A stretch of 64,000 bases of DNA. Origin: Candidatus Daviesbacteria bacterium RIFCSPLOWO2_01_FULL_39_23. Its GTDB lineage: Bacteria; Patescibacteriota; Microgenomatia; Daviesbacterales; UBA10151. The stretch spans positions 101,449-165,448 of the forward strand of contig MFDN01000001.1 of NCBI GenBank assembly GCA_001776935.1, in the 5' to 3' direction. Position 1 is the stretch's first letter; the number at the start of each line of letters is the position of its first letter. A model generated the notes under the pieces. That model made no database searches. It was not told the DNA's origin and saw only the letters and a program-made list of their open reading frames with translations. A program made the position numbers and the translations under genes. Below, in pieces: positions 38,348 to 48,410 of this stretch.

Positions 38348-39395
38348 AGGTTTGCCTAAACCAGTTAATAGTTTGCTTGAGGCCTGTTATAAGATCTACT
38401 TTTGGTGCATAATTCAACTGATTTTTTATTTTTGTTAAATCAGGGCATCGCCTTTGCGGTTCCCCGGCTGGATAATTTGGCGGATAATTTTTTCTTCGGG
38501 GTTTAACACCATTGCCTAATATTTCAGCTATGGTTTGTGCCAACTCAAACATTCCTATTTCCGGTTTGTCATTGCCGATATTGTAGGCTTCGCCTTTTTT
38601 TCCGGTGATCAATACTTTAAAGATAGCTGTAATTGCATCCGATATATAACAAAAAGTTCTTGTTTGAACACCTTTATCGTGTACTGGTAAATCTTTGCCC
38701 CGTAAGCCATTATAAATAAATGTTGGTACCACCCGGTAATCGATATGCTTCATGCCAGGGCCATAGATATTAAACGGTCTGACTATTTTTATAGGAACTT
38801 TGTAAATTTGATGGTATGTTACGCATAAGGTTTCTGCAAGTCTTTTGGATTCATCGTAGCAAGCTCTTGGTCCAACGCTTGAAACGTGTCCGGCATATGT
38901 TTCCGGAGTGGGAACAAATTCGGGATGAGGATCTCCGTAAATTTCACTTGAAGAAAAAAATAAAAAACTCTCCGGTTTGGTAACCCGCGCCAATTCTAAA
39001 AGATTTTTGGCTCCAAGGATTGCACTTTCGATTGTTTCTAAGGGATATTTTTTATAATAATAGGGGGAAGCTAAGCCTGCCGCGTGAATTATATAATCAA
39101 CTTTTTCATTTGTAATGACTGGAAGTCTGATGTCTCCATCCAGAAATTGGAAATTTTTATCCTTAATATTTAACAGGAAGTTTTTCTTGGAACCTGTGAT
39201 ATAGTTATCAATTGAAATTACCTTGCATTTATTTTTAAAGACTTTTTTGTTCAGAAGATATAAAACTGCATTAACATAAGAGCCTATAAACCCGGATCCT
39301 CCTGATATCAAAATTATTTTTCCTTCCAAAGCGGTTGCCTCCTGTTTGATATCGTTGACAATCGTATTTAGGATTCGAGAAGTTATTTTGGACAT
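38337..39395 (-). CDS. UDP-glucuronate decarboxylase (UDP-xylose synthase)-like SDR
   Basis: GGSGFIG, DNYITG, HAAGLASP..Y, SSSEIYGDP, GPRACYDESKR, RPFNIYGP, PQRRCPD. Confidence 0.8.
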   Translation of the reverse strand: MSKITSRILNTIVNDIKQEATALEGKIILISGGSGFIGSYVNAVLYLLNKKVFKNKCKVISIDNYITGSKKNFLLNIKDKNFQFLDGDIRLPVITNEKVDYIIHAAGLASPYYYKKYPLETIESAILGAKNLLELARVTKPESFLFFSSSEIYGDPHPEFVPTPETYAGHVSSVGPRACYDESKRLAETLCVTYHQIYKVPIKIVRPFNIYGPGMKHIDYRVVPTFIYNGLRGKDLPVHDKGVQTRTFCYISDAITAIFKVLITGKKGEAYNIGNDKPEIGMFELAQTIAEILGNGVKPRRKNYPPNYPAGEPQRRCPDLTKIKNQLNYAPKVDLITGLKQTINWFRQTYGL

Positions 39396-40649
39396 TTATA
39401 CTATTGTTGCTTCGGGGACAGGTATTATAAAATGACCACCGCCTTTTTTATAATCGGATAATTTATTGATGAGAGGAGTTGCAAAATTCCACGCTAAAAT
39501 AAAAATATAATCCGGCCTAGTTTCGGCAATTTTGCTGAACGGAACTACAGGGATATGTGTGCCTGGTGTATATAGCCCCTGTTTATATTCGCTGTCGTCC
39601 ACTATGTAATCTAAAATATTGGGCCCAATTTTATAATAATTAAGTAGAGTATTTCCTTTTGCCGGTGCGCCATATCCTGCAATAGTTTTATTCTTCTTTC
39701 TCAAATCTGTCAGAATCTTGATTAGTTTTCTTTTATTTTTTTCGATTTTGCTTGCAAATTTGTTGTATGTTTTAATATCATCCAGTTTTAATTTTTTCTC
39801 AAGCGCTATAAATTCAAAAACGGCTTTTTGAACTTTAAATTTTGCAGGATTTTTTTTGACATATACTCTTAAAGAACCGCCATGAGTGTTAACTTTTTTA
39901 GCGTCAAAAATTTCCATTTCGTGTCTTTTGAAAAGTGCTATCAGAGGACGAAGTGATAAGTAAGATAAATGTTCGTGGTAGATTGTGTCGAATAAATTTT
40001 TTTCTATAAAATCAACAAGGTAAGGGAACTCAATTACAAAAACTCCGGTTTCTTTAATAAGCGTTTTAACTGATTTCACTATTTCGTCTAAATCATTAAT
40101 ATGGGCAAATACATTATTTGCCGTAACAACATCGGCATAACCAAATCTTTTAATAATTTCTTTTGCAAGTTTTAAATTTAAATAGCGCGGTAGAGTTTTA
40201 ATGCCGTTTTTAGTTGCTTCTTTTGCTATTTTTACTGCCGGGTCTACGCCCAGTACTTTGATACCATTTTTTTTTAAAGGTTTTAGCAAAATTCCGTCAT
40301 TACTGCCAATGTCGATTACGTGCGAATTTTTATTTAGTTTAAATCTTTTGATTAGGTCGTTTGCATATTCTTCAAAGTGCGCTATAAAAACTGATGACGT
40401 TGATGAAACGTAAACATAATTTCTAAAAAGTAGCCAGGGAGATACGACATGGGTTAGTTGCAATTGACCGCAATCTAAACAAAAATTGACCTGCAGTGGA
40501 AAAAATTTTTCCTTTGTTTTTAAATCTTTTTTTGCTATGAATGCATTGGCAGGAGGAGTGGGCGATAAGGAAACCACTCTTTCTAAATTTTTACCCTCAC
40601 ACATCCGGCAGGACTTCAATTGAAACACTAAAGGGTTAGTGTTTTTCAT
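39396..40649 (-). CDS. NDP-hexose C-methyltransferase (Zn-binding, TylCIII/TcaB9-like)
   Basis: CRMC...CLDC, DIGSNDG, FDTIYHEHLSY, HGGSLR, GYGAPAKG, LAWN. Confidence 0.85.
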   Translation of the reverse strand: MKNTNPLVFQLKSCRMCEGKNLERVVSLSPTPPANAFIAKKDLKTKEKFFPLQVNFCLDCGQLQLTHVVSPWLLFRNYVYVSSTSSVFIAHFEEYANDLIKRFKLNKNSHVIDIGSNDGILLKPLKKNGIKVLGVDPAVKIAKEATKNGIKTLPRYLNLKLAKEIIKRFGYADVVTANNVFAHINDLDEIVKSVKTLIKETGVFVIEFPYLVDFIEKNLFDTIYHEHLSYLSLRPLIALFKRHEMEIFDAKKVNTHGGSLRVYVKKNPAKFKVQKAVFEFIALEKKLKLDDIKTYNKFASKIEKNKRKLIKILTDLRKKNKTIAGYGAPAKGNTLLNYYKIGPNILDYIVDDSEYKQGLYTPGTHIPVVPFSKIAETRPDYIFILAWNFATPLINKLSDYKKGGGHFIIPVPEATIV

Positions 40650-41043
40650 CTGAGGTAATTTTAATTCTTACAGTATCACCCTCGTATTGTTCTTGTTGTC
40701 GTGGTTCGGTGGTAATGGCTAGAAAAACAGTATCCTCCAAAAATTCCATGGAGTGAGCAATCATTGGCCGGGATAAAACTAAATCCCCTGGTTTTAAAAT
40801 TACCGATTCCACAGTTGAATTTTTCTTAGTCATATCTTTTTCTGAGTATCTGAATCTGCCGCTTACACAAAAAACATAATGGGAGTCTTTTTTATGATAA
40901 TGATTACCTCTTTCTGTACCAGTTTTGCTGGTGATATATAGCACTGCCCTGAATTTTGTTTTATCAGAAACATTAGGTAAACGGGTGATATATCCTCTTT
41001 CGTCTATAAATTCCGGCTTTACATGAGTTACTTTAATTGACAT
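40636..41043 (-). CDS. Cupin, NDP-sugar isomerase/epimerase-like (WxcM/FdtA-like)
   Basis: DERG.I, RGNHYHK...H......G, AH motif; ATG 41043 (TTG 41052 possible). Confidence 0.7.
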   Translation of the reverse strand: MSIKVTHVKPEFIDERGYITRLPNVSDKTKFRAVLYITSKTGTERGNHYHKKDSHYVFCVSGRFRYSEKDMTKKNSTVESVILKPGDLVLSRPMIAHSMEFLEDTVFLAITTEPRQQEQYEGDTVRIKITSDEKH

Positions 41044-41057
41044 ATAATACAATGCTT

Positions 41058-41086
41058 AATATATAGAGGATTAGATTGATTGTCAA
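41058..41086 (-). promoter_or_regulatory. sigma70-type promoter TTGACA-N17-TATATT driving the leftward 41043-37247 operon
   Basis: Minus strand TTGACA (41086-41081), exact 17-nt spacer, TATATT (41063-41058), in a divergent intergenic gap. Confidence 0.7.
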
Positions 41087-41142
41087 GATGATATAGATTT
41101 TATATATTCATTTAAGAGAGTCTTATTATATAATTTAGACTG

Positions 41143-42981
41143 ATGAAAAAATTATTTCTTGATACCCCTGTAAAGGGTTTGCTGTATTGGTATATTTTTA
41201 TTTTTTTCTCAACTGAAATTTTATCTAATTTTAAGCTCTTAGAAAGAGGATATATTTTATCTGGGGAGATAACTTTTTGGACAGTATTTTTATTTTTTCA
41301 TCGTAAAAGAGTTTTGTATTCATTACGAAATATTAACTTAGGTTCCAAAAGCCTCTTGTTTATACTGATACTTTTATTATTAACCTTTATTCAGGGGTTT
41401 TTAAGCGCTCCGAGTACGACAGACAGTATGGTTTATCATATTCCGCGGGTGATGTATTGGATACAAGAGAAGACCCTTTTTCAGGATGTTATCCGGAATT
41501 CGCATGATTACATGGCTCCATTTGGGGAATATATTTTACTTCATTTGTATCTTATTTTTGGAAACGATAGGATGTTATTTTTTTCGCAATGGATTGCGTA
41601 TGTTGTTTCAATTTACGTTATCGGCTTAATTGGTTTTCAGCTTGGTGTATCTCAAAAATCTATAAAATTAATCAGGTTATTTGCGGCTACCTTGCCCATA
41701 ACGGTTATGCAGGCTTCGAGTACCCAGGTTGATATGGTAGTTACAGCATTACTTCTTATATGCTTGCATCTAAGTTTATTTCTGAAGGACCATTACTTAG
41801 CTAAACATTCCGTATTGCTGGGTTTTGTTATAGCTTTGGGATTTTTAACTAAAGCAACGTTTGCTTTCTACGTACTAATACCAATAAGCGTGTTGTTTCT
41901 TTCTTACTATAATAAATTTAAAAAATCTGCTTTCATAATAGCTCCTGTACTTCTTATAGTCATAATTTTGCAATTTCGATTCATCTCCCAGAATTTTTTG
42001 CTATATGGAAATCCTCTCGGAGTAAAATTCTCTGAAAAAGGTGAAGAGGCAGTATACATCAATGAAGTGATTTCCCCATTTAGTATGTTATCTAATCTAA
42101 CACGTAATTTATTCGTTCATTTGCCTGTTCCTCTCTTCCCATCTCTTATACGAAACGGAATAGTAAATTTGCATAATTTAATGGGATTTGATGTTAATGA
42201 TTCAAGGATTACCTGCTGCGGAACTAAATTTGTTGTTAATTCTATCCTGTATCCTCAGGAAGATATTGTTGCTAATCCTCTTCATCTGATACTTATTTTG
42301 GCGGGAGGTTTTTTTATAATATTTGAAAAAGGAAAATTAAACAGGGATAAACAAGTTAAAGTTTTATATTTATCGTCGATTATTTCATTTATTGTATTTT
42401 CCGCATTAATTAAATGGCAGCCTTTTCATCCTAGACTTGAGATACCTTTTTTCCTGGTCGGGGGTATGAGCTCTATTATAATTTTAAGTCAGGCAAATAA
42501 AAAAAGAATTTTGCATATCTGGGTTGCTTTATCAGGTGTGTTAGCTATTATGATTATAATTTTAAATGTATCCAGGCCTTATATTTCCTATAATTTGTTT
42601 TATGATTTAGTTAAGTCTTTTCAACCAATAACAGCAAGCGTGCCTGAAGCTTTTTATATAAAACCCCGCGAGCAGCAATATTTCAATGCCCGATATTATT
42701 GGTACGAGCCTTACATTGCGATTACAACATTAATTGCTCAAAAAAATAACAAAGACACTACTATTGCTTTTGATTTACCGGATGGTTTTGAGTATCCCCT
42801 GTGGGCTTTGATGAAAAAGCAGAATATAAAAGCACGCATAATCCCTTACTCGCAGATAGATGATGAAACTGTGTTAGTTTCATCATCTGTGGACCCCTTT
42901 ACCAGGATAGGTTATAAAACAGTTTGCATAGAGAGCACAATAAAATACGGCTATGTCTGTTTATCCGAGAGGATAAGATAA
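41143..42981 (+). CDS. GT-C-type membrane glycosyltransferase
   Basis: P.TTDSMVYHIPRVMYW, QASSTQVD, LGFLTK, R...N..LYGNP; multi-TM. Confidence 0.65.
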   Translation: MKKLFLDTPVKGLLYWYIFIFFSTEILSNFKLLERGYILSGEITFWTVFLFFHRKRVLYSLRNINLGSKSLLFILILLLLTFIQGFLSAPSTTDSMVYHIPRVMYWIQEKTLFQDVIRNSHDYMAPFGEYILLHLYLIFGNDRMLFFSQWIAYVVSIYVIGLIGFQLGVSQKSIKLIRLFAATLPITVMQASSTQVDMVVTALLLICLHLSLFLKDHYLAKHSVLLGFVIALGFLTKATFAFYVLIPISVLFLSYYNKFKKSAFIIAPVLLIVIILQFRFISQNFLLYGNPLGVKFSEKGEEAVYINEVISPFSMLSNLTRNLFVHLPVPLFPSLIRNGIVNLHNLMGFDVNDSRITCCGTKFVVNSILYPQEDIVANPLHLILILAGGFFIIFEKGKLNRDKQVKVLYLSSIISFIVFSALIKWQPFHPRLEIPFFLVGGMSSIIILSQANKKRILHIWVALSGVLAIMIIILNVSRPYISYNLFYDLVKSFQPITASVPEAFYIKPREQQYFNARYYWYEPYIAITTLIAQKNNKDTTIAFDLPDGFEYPLWALMKKQNIKARIIPYSQIDDETVLVSSSVDPFTRIGYKTVCIESTIKYGYVCLSERIR

Positions 42982-43010
42982 TTTAAATTTAATCGGTTAT
43001 AATAATCAGT

Positions 43011-43718
43011 ATGAATAATTATGTAAAGCATTTAGAGGAATTATCGACCTCGACAACTTTGAAGAGAAAGAAGAATTACGTTGATTATAACTTAAAAAAA
43101 TGTTTTAGAGATTTAGGATTTAACGGAATAAAAGTTTTGGAAGTAGGTCCGGGTCTAGGTGAATTTGAGAGTTATTTAAACGATAGAGGAGTCTCCAGTA
43201 TTGATATTGTCGATAATGATAAAAATATACTTAATTATGTCTCAAAAAAATACAGAATAAATAGATGCTATTTAACAAAAGATATTTCACTTGTAGATAA
43301 AAAGCTGGGTAGTTATGACTTCATTTTTTTGATGCAGGTTTTAGAACATTTGCCACAGGATAAATATGATGTTGTTTTGCGTCTGTTGTATAAACATTTA
43401 AGAAAAGATGGATATTTGGTTGTTGTTGTGCCGAACGCGAATAATCCATTGGGTCTGACCGAAAGATATGGAGACCTGCAGCATACAGGAAGTTTTACCG
43501 AGCAATCGCTTAGAGATTTAGTAAGCCTATCAGGTATAGAAAATTACTCAATGGAAATAAGAGGATACGAGATACCGCCTTATGATTTTATTAATCTATT
43601 TAGAATAATTTTTCAGAAAATTCTGCATCTTATGCTTTTGTTGGCTATGATTGCAAACGGGGGACTATTTTTCAAAACTATGACTCCAAATATTGCCTTG
43701 ATTATTAAAAAGAATTGA
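43011..43718 (+). CDS. Class I SAM-dependent methyltransferase
   Basis: VLEVGPGLG, YDFIF..QVLEHL, L...GYL...VPN, D.QH...F. Confidence 0.85.
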   Translation: MNNYVKHLEELSTSTTLKRKKNYVDYNLKKCFRDLGFNGIKVLEVGPGLGEFESYLNDRGVSSIDIVDNDKNILNYVSKKYRINRCYLTKDISLVDKKLGSYDFIFLMQVLEHLPQDKYDVVLRLLYKHLRKDGYLVVVVPNANNPLGLTERYGDLQHTGSFTEQSLRDLVSLSGIENYSMEIRGYEIPPYDFINLFRIIFQKILHLMLLLAMIANGGLFFKTMTPNIALIIKKN

Positions 43719-43731
43719 AGTGTTTTTTGTA

Positions 43732-44532
43732 TTACTTTAAAATATAAGGTTTCCAGAATTCTTCATCGTATTTTTTCCATGCATGACAACCAAAAGGAAG
43801 TTTGCCTTTATTGATTATAAAACATTTGTGTGGAAATCTTTCGAAGGCAAATTGTATCGCTATTTGGAATGGAGGCACTTTAAAGGTTGAATCATACTTT
43901 GGTGCTTCCAGAGACCAGAAGCCATCCTCGTTGAAGGGGTAATTATCAGCCGGAGCGTTTAACCACATTTTATGAGATTTGCCTGACAGCAAAGCCATTA
44001 AGAACCACAATTTTCTTGTAAAGGGATTTTTAGATTTTCTGGTAGCGGTTTTATTAACAATTCTTAATATTTTAAGGAACTTTTGAATATTTCTCAAAGA
44101 GAAACCGCCGTTACCTCCGGAAGAAGGGTAGCCTTTTTTATAGGATAAATAACCAATTACGGAGTTAAACCATGGCGCTGCGATAAAATCATAGCCTGAC
44201 TTAGTCCATTTTTCCAATTGGTTGGAAAATATCAGTGCATCAAGTTGATAGATTAGCATATAATCATAATTTCGAAAGATTTCGTAGAATTCTACACTAA
44301 GATACATCTCGTTTGCTTTTCTTAAAGTTCCAAAAAAATTCCTATTAACCTTTACAACCTTATAACCACAAGAGGTAAAAGCCTTTGAGCTTATGCTTTC
44401 CGGAATTACAAAAAAAGTATCGTATTGGGGAAGATGTTTTTTTAAATGACTTAGGGATATTTTGTCTTCGGCGGTAAGATTGGGCCGGTGTGTAGGTATG
44501 ACAATGACCAGTCTGTTGTTGATTTTAGTCAT
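43732..44532 (-). CDS. DUF5672-like putative glycosyltransferase
   Basis: YMLIYQLDA, YDFIAAPW, GNGGFSLR, NED.F, FAFE, PFGCHAW. Confidence 0.7.
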   Translation of the reverse strand: MTKINNRLVIVIPTHRPNLTAEDKISLSHLKKHLPQYDTFFVIPESISSKAFTSCGYKVVKVNRNFFGTLRKANEMYLSVEFYEIFRNYDYMLIYQLDALIFSNQLEKWTKSGYDFIAAPWFNSVIGYLSYKKGYPSSGGNGGFSLRNIQKFLKILRIVNKTATRKSKNPFTRKLWFLMALLSGKSHKMWLNAPADNYPFNEDGFWSLEAPKYDSTFKVPPFQIAIQFAFERFPHKCFIINKGKLPFGCHAWKKYDEEFWKPYILK

Positions 44533-45541
44533 ATCGATTATTAGCTGCTCGAATTTCTTCTATGAGTTTTTGTACCCGGAGGCCTTCTTCAAATGAAGGT
44601 GTAAGTTCGTTTTTATTAATAATTGAACTTATAAACCTTGAAGTTAATTTTTTCAGAACACCGACTCTTTCATCTTCATCTGTCTTAATTGCATGTTTGT
44701 GTGGTATAGGTAATTGTTTTGTGTTATTTTCTGTATGAATTTTTATGGTGAAGTTTGCAGTTATTCTGTTTTCATTTTCCAGTACGATTGTGCCCTTTTC
44801 GCAGATAAAGATTAATTGATGTCTGTTTAAGCCGGAAACATTGCAGCAAAGGTGTGCATATCCTGTTGTGCTGTTTTCAAACTTTAATAATAAATCTACT
44901 CCAGTATCTGCGCCGTTTAAACTTTCTTTTGAGTAAGAAAGAAGACTTTCAAAATTTAATATTTTTCCTGCAAAATATTCCAGGTAATGTAAGGAGTGGG
45001 AAAAGTAGAATGATAGAGCTCCCCCTCCTTCTTTTGTATCTGTTTTCCATGAAGATTTTTTATTTTTAATATCATAACTCTGGAAATCCCAATTTAGAAA
45101 GATCTGTCTTAATTTTCCAAAAGTTTTTTTATCTATCATTTCTTTAACTTTTTTCCACTGTTCAATTTCAGGGAAAATGAAGTCAATTGCATGAATTATT
45201 TTTTTCTCCCTGGCTAAATCCAGTAGTTCTCTTGCCTGTCTGTAAGTTGCTGCAAGCGGTTTTTCTGCCAGGATATGTATTCTCATACCTAGGGCAACCT
45301 TGGCTATTTCATACTGGACATTAGGAGGAACAGCTATAGCTATAGCGTCTAATTGCTCATTGTCCAGCATTTTTTTCCAGTCAGTGTATATTTTTTTTAA
45401 GCCTATTTTTTCACAGTAACTTAGCAATCTGTCTGTTTTTTCTCCGTAAATAGATACAACTTTACAACCCGGGGTAGAATTAAAGGCAGGCAGTAAACCA
45501 TAAAGACCAAAACCTGAGCCGATTATTCCAACCTTTATCAT
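44525..45541 (-). CDS. Gfo/Idh/MocA oxidoreductase (NDP-sugar ketoreductase-like)
   Basis: GIIGSGFG, IAVPP, ILAEKP, GGGAL....SH. Confidence 0.82.
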   Translation of the reverse strand: MIKVGIIGSGFGLYGLLPAFNSTPGCKVVSIYGEKTDRLLSYCEKIGLKKIYTDWKKMLDNEQLDAIAIAVPPNVQYEIAKVALGMRIHILAEKPLAATYRQARELLDLAREKKIIHAIDFIFPEIEQWKKVKEMIDKKTFGKLRQIFLNWDFQSYDIKNKKSSWKTDTKEGGGALSFYFSHSLHYLEYFAGKILNFESLLSYSKESLNGADTGVDLLLKFENSTTGYAHLCCNVSGLNRHQLIFICEKGTIVLENENRITANFTIKIHTENNTKQLPIPHKHAIKTDEDERVGVLKKLTSRFISSIINKNELTPSFEEGLRVQKLIEEIRAANNRYD

Positions 45542-45577
45542 ATTAGTATTATACTCAACTTTATGGTATTGCTTTAC

Positions 45578-46858
45578 TTAAACTTGTGAATTTTTGACTA
45601 TTTTAAAATCCGGCAGGGGAATAATGAAATCGGATTTCAAACCACGGGCTTTTAACTGTTCCATAATAAATTTTGCATAATGCCATGCTAGTATCACTAC
45701 AAATTTAGGCTGTTCGTCGATTAGTCTCTGATTGTTAACTATTGGGATATGTTTGCCGGGTAAAAACATATTTAATTTTAATGAAGTAGGTTGCTCCGCA
45801 ATATACGGCAAAAGTTCTTTATCTATTCCATAATAATTTAGAAGTGTTGAGCATCTGGCGGGACAGGAATTCCCTGTAACGGTTTTACCAGTTTTCTTTG
45901 CATTAATTAAAAAATCTATAAATTTAAGCCGGGCTACTTTAACGCGACTCGCAAATTTTTCATATGTTTCAAGTTTACCAAGACCAAATTCTTCTTCAAC
46001 CTTTAATAATTTTCTGACAGCAGGGTTGACTTTTCTGCCTTTTCCTTTTGTTGCAATTACACGGATATTTCCTCCGTAGCGACTTCCTCTTTCCACATTG
46101 GTAATTGTGAAATCGTATTGGTCGAAAAGTTTTATATATGCTTTTAAAGAGTAGGTTCTTAAATGCTCATGATAGATAGTATCAAATTGGCCGCCGGCGA
46201 TTACATCAAGTAAATAATGAGTTTCATTAACGAATACTCCATCTTTTTTCAATAAATTGTAAGCGCCCATGACAAATTCACCTATTGTTTGCATGTGTGC
46301 AAATGTGTTTGTTGTTATAACCAGCGAAGCCTCACCCTGTTCTTTTTTAATCTTTTTGGCAGTTTTAATATCAAAAAACGCTTGGATCGTTTCGATACCG
46401 CTTGCCTGAGCAATTTTGGCAATATTGGTTGGTTCAACTCCAAGGGTTTTTACGCCCATCTGTTTAAAGCTGCTGAGCAATGTTCCGTCATTTGAGCCGA
46501 CATCAACGACTAAATCCTTACTGGTTAGGTTATAGTTTTGAATTAATGAGTGACTTATATTTCTCTGATAATCAGCCAATTCTTTTGTGATGCCGCTTCT
46601 GTAAGGGTAATCCGGATGATATACTTCACTTCCTGAAACGCAATAATCTAACTGTACGCAAGTACACTTTTGACACCAGATCATTCTCAGGGGGTATGTT
46701 TTTTCTGGTTCGTTTAACGTTTCTTTCGAAAGGAGGGTATCGCATAACGCTTGATGTCCAAGATCTAAGACAAGATGTAGTTTATCCGAATTACAGATTT
46801 GACATCGGTCGATGTGTCCTGCATTGATAAAATGATGTTTTGGATAGCTTAGCTGCAT
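45578..46858 (-). CDS. NDP-hexose C-methyltransferase (Zn-binding)
   Basis: CQIC...CQKC, DVGSNDG, FDTIYHEHLR, YGGNIR, LAWH. Confidence 0.85.
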   Translation of the reverse strand: MQLSYPKHHFINAGHIDRCQICNSDKLHLVLDLGHQALCDTLLSKETLNEPEKTYPLRMIWCQKCTCVQLDYCVSGSEVYHPDYPYRSGITKELADYQRNISHSLIQNYNLTSKDLVVDVGSNDGTLLSSFKQMGVKTLGVEPTNIAKIAQASGIETIQAFFDIKTAKKIKKEQGEASLVITTNTFAHMQTIGEFVMGAYNLLKKDGVFVNETHYLLDVIAGGQFDTIYHEHLRTYSLKAYIKLFDQYDFTITNVERGSRYGGNIRVIATKGKGRKVNPAVRKLLKVEEEFGLGKLETYEKFASRVKVARLKFIDFLINAKKTGKTVTGNSCPARCSTLLNYYGIDKELLPYIAEQPTSLKLNMFLPGKHIPIVNNQRLIDEQPKFVVILAWHYAKFIMEQLKARGLKSDFIIPLPDFKIVKNSQV

Positions 46859-46892
46859 AGGTTTATTTTATTGTATATTATGTCATTTTAAA

Positions 46893-47930
46893 CTATATAT
46901 TTCCAGTTTTAGTTTTCTTATAAAATTGTTCTGTTTCCTGAACTATTTTTTTGAGTTCGGCTTTGCTTTTTACATTTTCTGTGCCGCAGTAATAATTAAT
47001 AAGCCTGCATTGCTTATCTGTTATTTTGAATTTGATTTTGGAAAATTCTTTTACAATCTCATTATAAGGATCAGATTTCCAGTAATCTGACATTACTTTT
47101 TTGAAATATATTTTTCCATGCATCTCGGGCCGTTGATAGAAAATAATATGAGGTTTATTCATGTAGATGCAATAGCTAAGAGGTGAGCTTGCATCGTTTG
47201 AAACTGTTAAATCTGCAGTTTGAATAATGCTTTTAACTCTGGGAAGGAAATTTGGGTCTAAAATGTGCCCGGCAGTAACGCATTCAATTCCTTTATCCAG
47301 ATAAAACTTATGCCTTCCCAGTAAAACATCCCTCCAGTAAATACACACGCGTATAGTGTCAAAACCTTTGGCAATAGACTTTATTTTTTTATACGACCAT
47401 TCCATATCATATTCGTTAGTGAGTCCGATTAAAGAATGAGAGGGAAAAAATAGTATGGTTTTGCCTAGTCTCCTCTTTTCTCTTTTAAGTTGGTCTTGTG
47501 TTAAGTAATGAGAGGCATAATGAATAAGAGGTCCTATGGCATAGGTGTGCGGCCTGTATTTTTTAAGTATTCCTTCCCTGTATTTACTGTATGTAACAAA
47601 AGAAGGGAGGTTTGATTCCAGTTCAATATCTGCAACCTGCTCTGATAGAAATGTTCCATGCTCAATAATGAATTTAAATTGGTAATTTTTAGGCAATCCT
47701 AAGAATTTCTTTAAAATCGTTGCATGACCGTACCAGTCATTTACTGGTTGCAGCTCACAGGTAAAAGGCGAAAACATTTGTATATGCCTGGAAAGTTGAA
47801 GGATTGATGTAAAGGGCATACCGGACCGTTTCTGTATCTCGTAATCGTATAAAGCTTTACTGACTGGATTTTTATTAATCTTGTATAAAATATTTTTGGC
47901 AAATATTCTTAAGTTCTTTTTGGGATCCAT
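46893..47930 (-). CDS. Hypothetical soluble protein, possibly a GT-B-like glycosyltransferase
   Basis: NDWYGH, IEHG, LFFPSHS, VCIYWRD, TAGH..D..FL.R; operon context only. Confidence 0.45.
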   Translation of the reverse strand: MDPKKNLRIFAKNILYKINKNPVSKALYDYEIQKRSGMPFTSILQLSRHIQMFSPFTCELQPVNDWYGHATILKKFLGLPKNYQFKFIIEHGTFLSEQVADIELESNLPSFVTYSKYREGILKKYRPHTYAIGPLIHYASHYLTQDQLKREKRRLGKTILFFPSHSLIGLTNEYDMEWSYKKIKSIAKGFDTIRVCIYWRDVLLGRHKFYLDKGIECVTAGHILDPNFLPRVKSIIQTADLTVSNDASSPLSYCIYMNKPHIIFYQRPEMHGKIYFKKVMSDYWKSDPYNEIVKEFSKIKFKITDKQCRLINYYCGTENVKSKAELKKIVQETEQFYKKTKTGNI

Positions 47931-47957
47931 ATAAATAAAAGATTGTTTAGAAAACTG

Positions 47958-48410
47958 TTATCTAAACTTTATGCCCCAGTCATAGGAGACAATATCGTTT
48001 TGCAAAGGGTCCATTCTTTGAATTTCATCGGGGTCATGCGATATATCGGTGCAGTTTGCGACAATTGCCTCTTGTGTACCAATACCCTTAAATCCATTCC
48101 AAACCATAGGAGGAATTGTAACAAGTGAGTAGTTATTATCTCCAATAAAAATTTCCATCAGTTCACCTTTAGTGGGGGAATTTTCCCGATTGTCATAAAG
48201 AACCAGTTTAATCATGCCTTTAACTACAGCGTAATTTAGGGTCATTTTTATATGACTATGCCATCCTTTTACAACTCCGGGATAAACAGCAGAAAAATAA
48301 ATCTCACCAAACTTCTTAAACTCCGGATCAGTATCTTTCATCATATGCATGATGATGCCTCTTTCGTCTGCAATCTTTTTTAATGGTTTAATAATTACTC
48401 CGTGTATCAT
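47958..48410 (-). CDS. RmlC-like NDP-sugar 3,5-epimerase (short cupin)
   Basis: DERG, FGEIYFS..YPGVVKGWHSH, VLYD.R..SPT.G, IPP.VWNGF. Confidence 0.8.
   Translation of the reverse strand: MIHGVIIKPLKKIADERGIIMHMMKDTDPEFKKFGEIYFSAVYPGVVKGWHSHIKMTLNYAVVKGMIKLVLYDNRENSPTKGELMEIFIGDNNYSLVTIPPMVWNGFKGIGTQEAIVANCTDISHDPDEIQRMDPLQNDIVSYDWGIKFR

Noticed and set aside
38337-39395. ArnA-type or UDP-apiose synthase assignment for the UXS-like genes
   Set aside because: No formyltransferase domain; motifs read as UXS-type (SSSEIYG, YDESKR); apiose activity cannot be supported from the sequence alone
40267-40275. A9/T9 tract in the C-methyltransferase and several 8-mers (e.g. 1470-1477, 1591-1598, 6883-6890) as phase-variation switches
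   Set aside because: Short A/T runs are expected in AT-rich, Lys/Phe-rich genes; all host ORFs are intact; no long G/C tracts
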